Shown: in pieces, positions 22,495 through 26,514 of the stretch | Layout of the letters: each line of letters starts with the position of its first letter | How positions within the stretch are numbered: position 1 is the stretch's first letter | Assembly: GCA_030141605.1 (NCBI GenBank) | Contig: JAQGDQ010001759.1 | Location: 1-26,514, forward strand | Length of the DNA: 26,514 nt | Direction of reading: 5' to 3' | Source of the DNA: Tubiluchus corallicola | Lineage: Eukaryota; Animalia; Priapulida | The notes under the pieces: model-generated | What the model was told of the DNA's origin: nothing | Seen by the model: the letters and a program-made list of their open reading frames with translations, nothing else | Databases searched by the model: none | Position numbers and translations under genes: made by a program

Positions 22495-24571
22495 GCTACT
22501 GCTGCTGCTGCTTCTGCATCTGCTGCTGCTGCTGCTACTGTGACTGCGACTACTATTACTACTACTACTACTGCAACTGCCACTACTGCTGCTACTACTA
22601 CTACTGCAACTGCCACTACTGCTGCTACTACTACTACTACTACTACTGCGACTACTACTACTACTGCTGCTGCTGCTACTGCGACTGCGACTACAGCTAC
22701 TATCGTCTTCATCATCGTTAGAGTTTTGACCTATCCTGTTTGTGTCTAAACGTTTATTGACGTGTACTATGACAGTTATGATGTGTTGCCCCATATTTGG
22801 GATAATACTGTTAGGTTCATAGGGTGTTAGATTACATCTGCAATGGTGACCGTTCTTAATAAAACTTTTTATAAATGTGTTACAGTGAAATACTTATGTA
22901 TATTCGTATGTTTAATATGATAATTCACATTTTAGAACAGCAAAAGAAAAACGTTTGCGGATATGGAAGGACTACGTGCCTAGCAATACGCTGGCAAACA
23001 TAGCGGAGAAAGAATTTTCGGCTAAAGTAATGGAGGTAGTGAACGGTGACGCTTTAGTTGTGAAAACCGCCTCTGGTGAAAGTAAAAAAATTTTCTTATC
23101 CAGTATTCGGCCACCAAGGTAACAGTTTTGGTTGTATCTCGGCTATACGTTAGTTTATATGGTGGTGTTTTCATATACATTTCGACGTTTATATAGTGGT
23201 GTTATTGTTCTTTAATTTTCATGCTATTATTCCGTTACTTAAAGCAAAACCGGACCCAATCTTAAACTGTGTGTCAAAACAATCTACTCTTTAAAATATT
23301 GAAAGGAAACATACTATTTTTTTCAAAAATGACTTATGTGAAAGAATTATTACCACACAAACACAATTTCGCGTTCGCGCCACTAGTTCTTCGCTGTTAC
23401 ATGCATTTCACCATTCGCTAGTTAGACAGGCACTAGTGCCTGCATTTCGGAAATACATTGCACGAAAAACAGGTGTTGTAGCTTTCAGTTCAGATGTGAT
23501 AGTTTGTGATGAACTACACACCTTCGACAGCTCATATGTGAAAACAGCGATAAATTGAAATTTAAATCTTAAAACTTGCCTAATTTTAGTACAACTCAGT
23601 GAATGTCTTACAGTAGTACTGTACTTCAATTTTTGCTTTCTCGGACACGTGCAACATGCTCGCAGAATATTTTTGCGGTTGAAAATCATGTTAGTTGTTG
23701 ATGTCATCAATAGTTGGCCTCGCCCACCATTAATTAAGATTTTAATCTATCATTATTTATCAGAAACGCTTTTGCGGTATTAATTGTGTCAAAATGTATA
23801 CTTTTTATCGGACTTGAAAATGGGGTAGTATATGAAAAACCATTCGGTCTTCCTTTAAAGCAAAATTCTTTGTTTAATTATTTTCAGGGGTTTGTATTTT
23901 TTTTCTTTTTTGCAATAAATATTATCTACTCGTTGTTTTTAATGCCTTTAACACGGTGTTTCACAGCATTTATTATCATTAGTGCACAAAAGATTCTTGT
24001 TCATCATTCACAGTAATAACATATTCTGGTTGGATATTTCGTTAGCTATTCGAAGATGTTGCCTGTTTTTGTTTAAGTATTCAAATAATTTATCTATTTG
24101 AGTTAAATTTACGGCACCCACTATGAAAAATGCTCCATTTACTTAGAAAACAGCATAAAAAAGTTAATAAATTTACTCAAAATGCTCAAAACCAAAAAAG
24201 ATCTTGAGTATGTTCTTTACAAAGCTTAAGATCCCCTCTTAATAGATCCACTGGCTATTTTTACCTAGAAATATTCATGGTAATGAAGAATTTCTCAATG
24301 GTCTGCAAGTTGATCAGGCGCAACATTGAAATTTGTAATTGCAGTATTTGCAGTCACATTTTGTTTTTCACTTTTAATATCTCGTTAGATAAATCATTAC
24401 CTATTTTCCTTTTTTGATCGTGTCTATTTTTATCCGATATTAAGGCCTCAAGACGTTGTCTCAGCTGACGGTGAAACAAAAAGGCCAGCCGGTCGAGTTC
24501 GTCCACTTTACGATATTCCGTACATGTTCGAAGCCAGGGAATTTCTCCGGAAAAAGCTGATTGGCAAAAAG
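11908..24571 (+). CDS. SND1: Staphylococcal nuclease domain-containing protein 1 (Tudor-SN/p100), 5' part: 10 coding exons, 1236 nt, 412 aa; 3' part absent from the window
   Basis: join(11908-11958,13205-13354,14794-14920,15512-15593,17036-17196,17990-18081,20792-20947,21336-21442,22936-23118,24445-24571) is in frame with all GT-AG junctions. It contains the SND1 motifs [90 protein letters not shown] and [24 protein letters not shown]. Confidence 0.97.
13205..13354 (+). CDS. SND1: SND1 exon 2
   Basis: tttcag|[28 protein letters not shown]...TKDE|gtaaga. Confidence 0.96.
14228..14567. repeat. 111-bp tandem repeat, ~3 copies
   Basis: ATGGCTGTGCCYGACGGTCATC recurs at 14231, 14342 and 14453. 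Confidence 0.95.
14794..14920 (+). CDS. SND1: SND1 exon 3
   Basis: cgtag|[42 protein letters not shown]|gtacca. Confidence 0.96.
15512..15593 (+). CDS. SND1: SND1 exon 4
   Basis: tttttgcag|[28 protein letters not shown]|gtgagt. Confidence 0.94.
15645..16035 (-). mobile_element. Non-LTR retrotransposon reverse-transcriptase fragment (RTE-X-like), pseudogenised
   Basis: NQFGY...LKEVVDYY...[17 protein letters not shown]...[36 protein letters not shown], with an in-frame stop at the conserved W. Confidence 0.88.
16180..16603. mobile_element. Probable DNA-transposon end fragment with a tandemly duplicated terminus
   Basis: Ends in GTGGGAACCCTG (CAGGGTTCCCAC-type TIR) at 16531; subterminal TCAGGGAAA repeats; the last ~70 bp are repeated at 16533-16603; no left TIR found. 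Confidence 0.4.
17036..17196 (+). CDS. SND1: SND1 exon 5
   Basis: tgtgcag|[21 protein letters not shown]...[16 protein letters not shown]|gtgagg. Confidence 0.96.
17440..17673. repeat. ~120-bp diverged tandem duplication
   Basis: GTGATTTACTA...TCTTGCTTAGGAACAAGAAAA...TGTCAAGTGTA occurs at 17440 and 17561. Confidence 0.85.
17990..18081 (+). CDS. SND1: SND1 exon 6
   Basis: atttcag|[31 protein letters not shown]|gtaagt. Confidence 0.96.
18783..19295. mobile_element. Tigger/pogo-like MITE
   Basis: TA|CAGTAGTTTCTGTTTTCGACCGT ... ACGTTCGACAACGGAGCTATGACTG|TA; subterminal GTCGARWACCGA repeats. Confidence 0.75.
19822..20740. repeat. 84-bp minisatellite, 11 copies, internally palindromic
   Basis: Unit TATTGGATCCAGCTTGCACCCCAGTCGTCTTACAACAAATCCACCAGAACCGATTGTGGTCGTAAGTCGAYGACTGTAGATGAA with period 84. 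Confidence 0.97.
20792..20947 (+). CDS. SND1: SND1 exon 7
   Basis: ttttgcag|[52 protein letters not shown]|gtatgt. Confidence 0.96.
21336..21442 (+). CDS. SND1: SND1 exon 8
   Basis: ttttag|[36 protein letters not shown]|gtgagt. Confidence 0.96.
21462..21570. repeat. Compound microsatellite (ATT)(GTT)(CTT)(ATT)(CAT)
   Basis: Directly visible; mirrored at ~26342-26450. Confidence 0.9.
21773..22700. repeat. ~0.9-kb compound trinucleotide tract (CTG/CTA)n in SND1 intron 8
   Basis: Directly visible, with recurring CTTCTGCATCTG and CTGCGACTA interruptions. Confidence 0.97.
22936..23118 (+). CDS. SND1: SND1 exon 9
   Basis: ttttag|[15 protein letters not shown]...[15 protein letters not shown]...[10 protein letters not shown]|gtaaca. 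Confidence 0.96.
23243..23854 (+). mobile_element. Kolobok-like MITE, copy 2
   Basis: TTAA|AGCAAAACCGGAC ... TTCGGTCTTCCT|TTAA. A TTAA TSD with RR...YY termini is the Kolobok signature. Confidence 0.8.
24445..24571 (+). CDS. SND1: SND1 exon 10
   Basis: attaag|[42 protein letters not shown]|gtacta. The exact acceptor is slightly less certain. Confidence 0.92.
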
Positions 24572-24587
24572 GTACTAGTATTTCATT

Positions 24588-25145
24588 ATATTGCGTGTGG
24601 TAGCTTGAAGATGAAAAAATAGAGGGAACACCAGAGAAAGTGTATGTGAGTTGAGTGAAATAAACTAGATTGCATTGGGTAGTTTGAAGATGAAAAGATA
24701 GAGGGAGCACCAGAGAAAGTGTATGTGAGTTGAGTGAAATGAACTAGATTGCATTGGGTAGTTTGAAGATGAAAAGATAGAGGGAGCACCAGAGAAAGTG
24801 TATATGAGTTGAGTGAAATGGATTAGATTGCATTGGGTAGTTTGAAGATGAAAAGATAGAGGGAGCACCAGAGAAAGTGTATATGAGTTGAGTGAAATGA
24901 ACTACATTGCATTGGGTAGTTTGAAGATGAAAAGATAGAGGGAGCACCAGAGAAAGTGTATATGAGTTGAGTGAAATGAACTAGATTGCATTGGGTAGTT
25001 TGAAGATGAAAAGATAGAGGGAGCACCAGAGAAAGTGTATATGAGTTGAGTGAAATGGACTAGAAGGCATTGTGTAGTTTGAAGATGAAAAGATAGAGGG
25101 AGCACCAGAGAAAGTGTGTATGAGTTGAGTGGAATAGACTAGAAT
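24588..25145. repeat. 79-bp purine-rich minisatellite, ~7 copies
   Basis: Unit GTAGTTTGAAGATGAAAAGATAGAGGGAGCACCAGAGAAAGTGTATATGAGTTGAGTGAAATGAACTAGATTGCATTGG; the ORF track also shows period 79. Confidence 0.96.
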
Positions 25146-25489
25146 TGAGTAGAGTGGAGTGATGCGGAATGAATTGGAGTGGATCAAAGTAGAGTGGAGT
25201 AGAGCGGAATAAACAGGAACAGGGTGTAGCAGAGTGAAGTGGAGTAGATTGAGGGAGTACCCTGATTGGAATAGAGAGGAGCAGAGTATAGAAGACTGAA
25301 ATGAAGTGAAGTGGAATAGAGTGAGAGAGTACCCTGATTGGAATAGAGAGGATCAGAGTATAGCAGACTGAAATGGAGTGAAGTGGAGTAGTAGTAGTAG
25401 CAGTAGCAGCAGCAGCAGTAGCAGCAGCAGCAGTAGCAGCAGCAGCAGTAACAGCAGCAGCAGCACACAGTGGCAGCAGCAGCAGTAGC
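25146..25489. repeat. Purine-rich low-complexity tract (GAGTA/GTGGA-like, with a ~72-bp duplication) grading into CAG/TAG repeats
   Basis: GAGTACCCTGATTGGAATAGAGAGGA occurs twice; the CAG/TAG run starts at ~25388. Confidence 0.8.
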
Positions 25490-25558
25490 AGTAGCGGCAG
25501 CAGTAGTAGTAGCAGCAGCAGTAGCAGCAGTAGTAGTAGTAGTAGCAGTAGCAGTAGC

Positions 25559-25624
<66 letters not shown>

Positions 25625-25828
25625 CGCAGTAGTAGCAGTAGTAGTAGCAGCAGTAGTAGTAGTAGTAGTCGTAGTAGTAGTAGTAGTAGCAGTAGTAGCA
25701 GCAGCAGTAGTAGTCGCAGTAGTAGCAGCAGCAGATGCAGAAGCAGCAGCAGCAGCAGTAGTAGTAGCAGCAGTAGTAGTAGTAGTAGTCGCAGTAGTAG
25801 CAGTAGTAATCGCAGTAGCCGCAGCAGT

Positions 25829-25864
<36 letters not shown>

Positions 25865-25965
25865 CGCAGTAGTAGTCGCAGTAGCAGCAGCAGTAGTTGT
25901 CGCAGTAGCCGCAGCAGATGCAGAAGCAGCAGCAGTAGTATAGTAGTAGAAGCCATAGTCACAGC

Positions 25966-26012
<47 letters not shown>

Positions 26013-26514
26013 CAGTAGTAGTAGTAGTCGCAGTAGTAGTCGCAGTAGCAGCAGCAGTAGTAGTAGCAGTAGCAGCAGCAGCAGATGCAGAAGCAGCAGC
26101 AGCAGTAGTAGTAGCCGTAGTCACAGCAGCAGCAGCAGTGCTTATGGAAATAGTTTCGCATCTACTACAATTTTGAGTGATGTGTCATAATCTGAATTTT
26201 ACTAGAAGTTGGTTTTTTTCTTCATTGTCGCTGATTCTTTTGTCAGTAATTCTTCTGTGTTTTTGCACAATAAACATGTTAAATTACTTTACGTTACTCC
26301 AGTCTTTGTTTGGGATTACATCCTAAATGTGAGAAAGTCACAGTAATAATGATGATGATGATGATGAAGATGACGATGATAATAATAATAATAAGAAGAA
26401 GAAGAAGAAGAACAACAACAACAAGAATCACAATAATAATTACAATAATAAGTGGCAGTAAAGACTCACTTTTCAGCTGCCCTAAGTTTCTCTGCCCCTT
26501 GCGTTACCACACCC
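25490..26514 (-). repeat. Inverted copy of 21398-~22420 (3' part of SND1 exon 8 plus intron 8; right fold-back arm)
   Basis: 26514 pairs with 21398 and 26161 with 21751. Near-identical apart from a few substitutions; the junction lies inside a CAG/TAG tract. Confidence 0.95.

Noticed and set aside
21736-22794. Long poly-Ser, poly-Ala/Thr, poly-Leu and poly-Ala/Val ORFs (and their mirrors at 25060-26161)
   Set aside because: By-products of a trinucleotide tract inside SND1 intron 8; open in several frames on both strands.
24354-25187. Series of 67-aa ORFs MLPLSFHLQTTQC...
   Set aside because: Translation of the 79-bp minisatellite antisense to SND1.
26470-26514. A second SND1 paralogue on the minus strand
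   Set aside because: Essentially identical to exon 8 including the adjacent intron and microsatellites, so it is part of the inverted duplication and not a diverged gene.

Overview
AT-rich animal (probably invertebrate) genomic DNA with two divergently transcribed, spliced genes whose ATGs are about 1.0 kb apart. Minus strand: a complete 6-exon TMEM216/TMEM80-family ciliary transition-zone gene (144 aa), join complement(10893-10902,10323-10339,6894-6987,5118-5210,4086-4287,3968-3986). Its second intron is a U12-type minor-spliceosome intron following a 17-nt microexon. Plus strand: the first 10 coding exons (412 aa; SN1, SN2 and part of SN3) of SND1/Tudor-SN, starting at 11908 and breaking off after 24571. 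The introns contain non-autonomous DNA transposons (pogo/Tigger-, hAT- and Kolobok-like), two LINE relics, several minisatellites (one apparently built from a transposon end) and a ~0.9 kb CTG/CTA tract. Both ends of the window are inverted copies of internal sequence (1-488 vs 2168-2652; ~25490-26514 vs 21398-~22420). The leading explanation is fold-back chimeras or assembly artefacts, but this is testable. No prokaryotic system, CRISPR array or RNA gene is supported.
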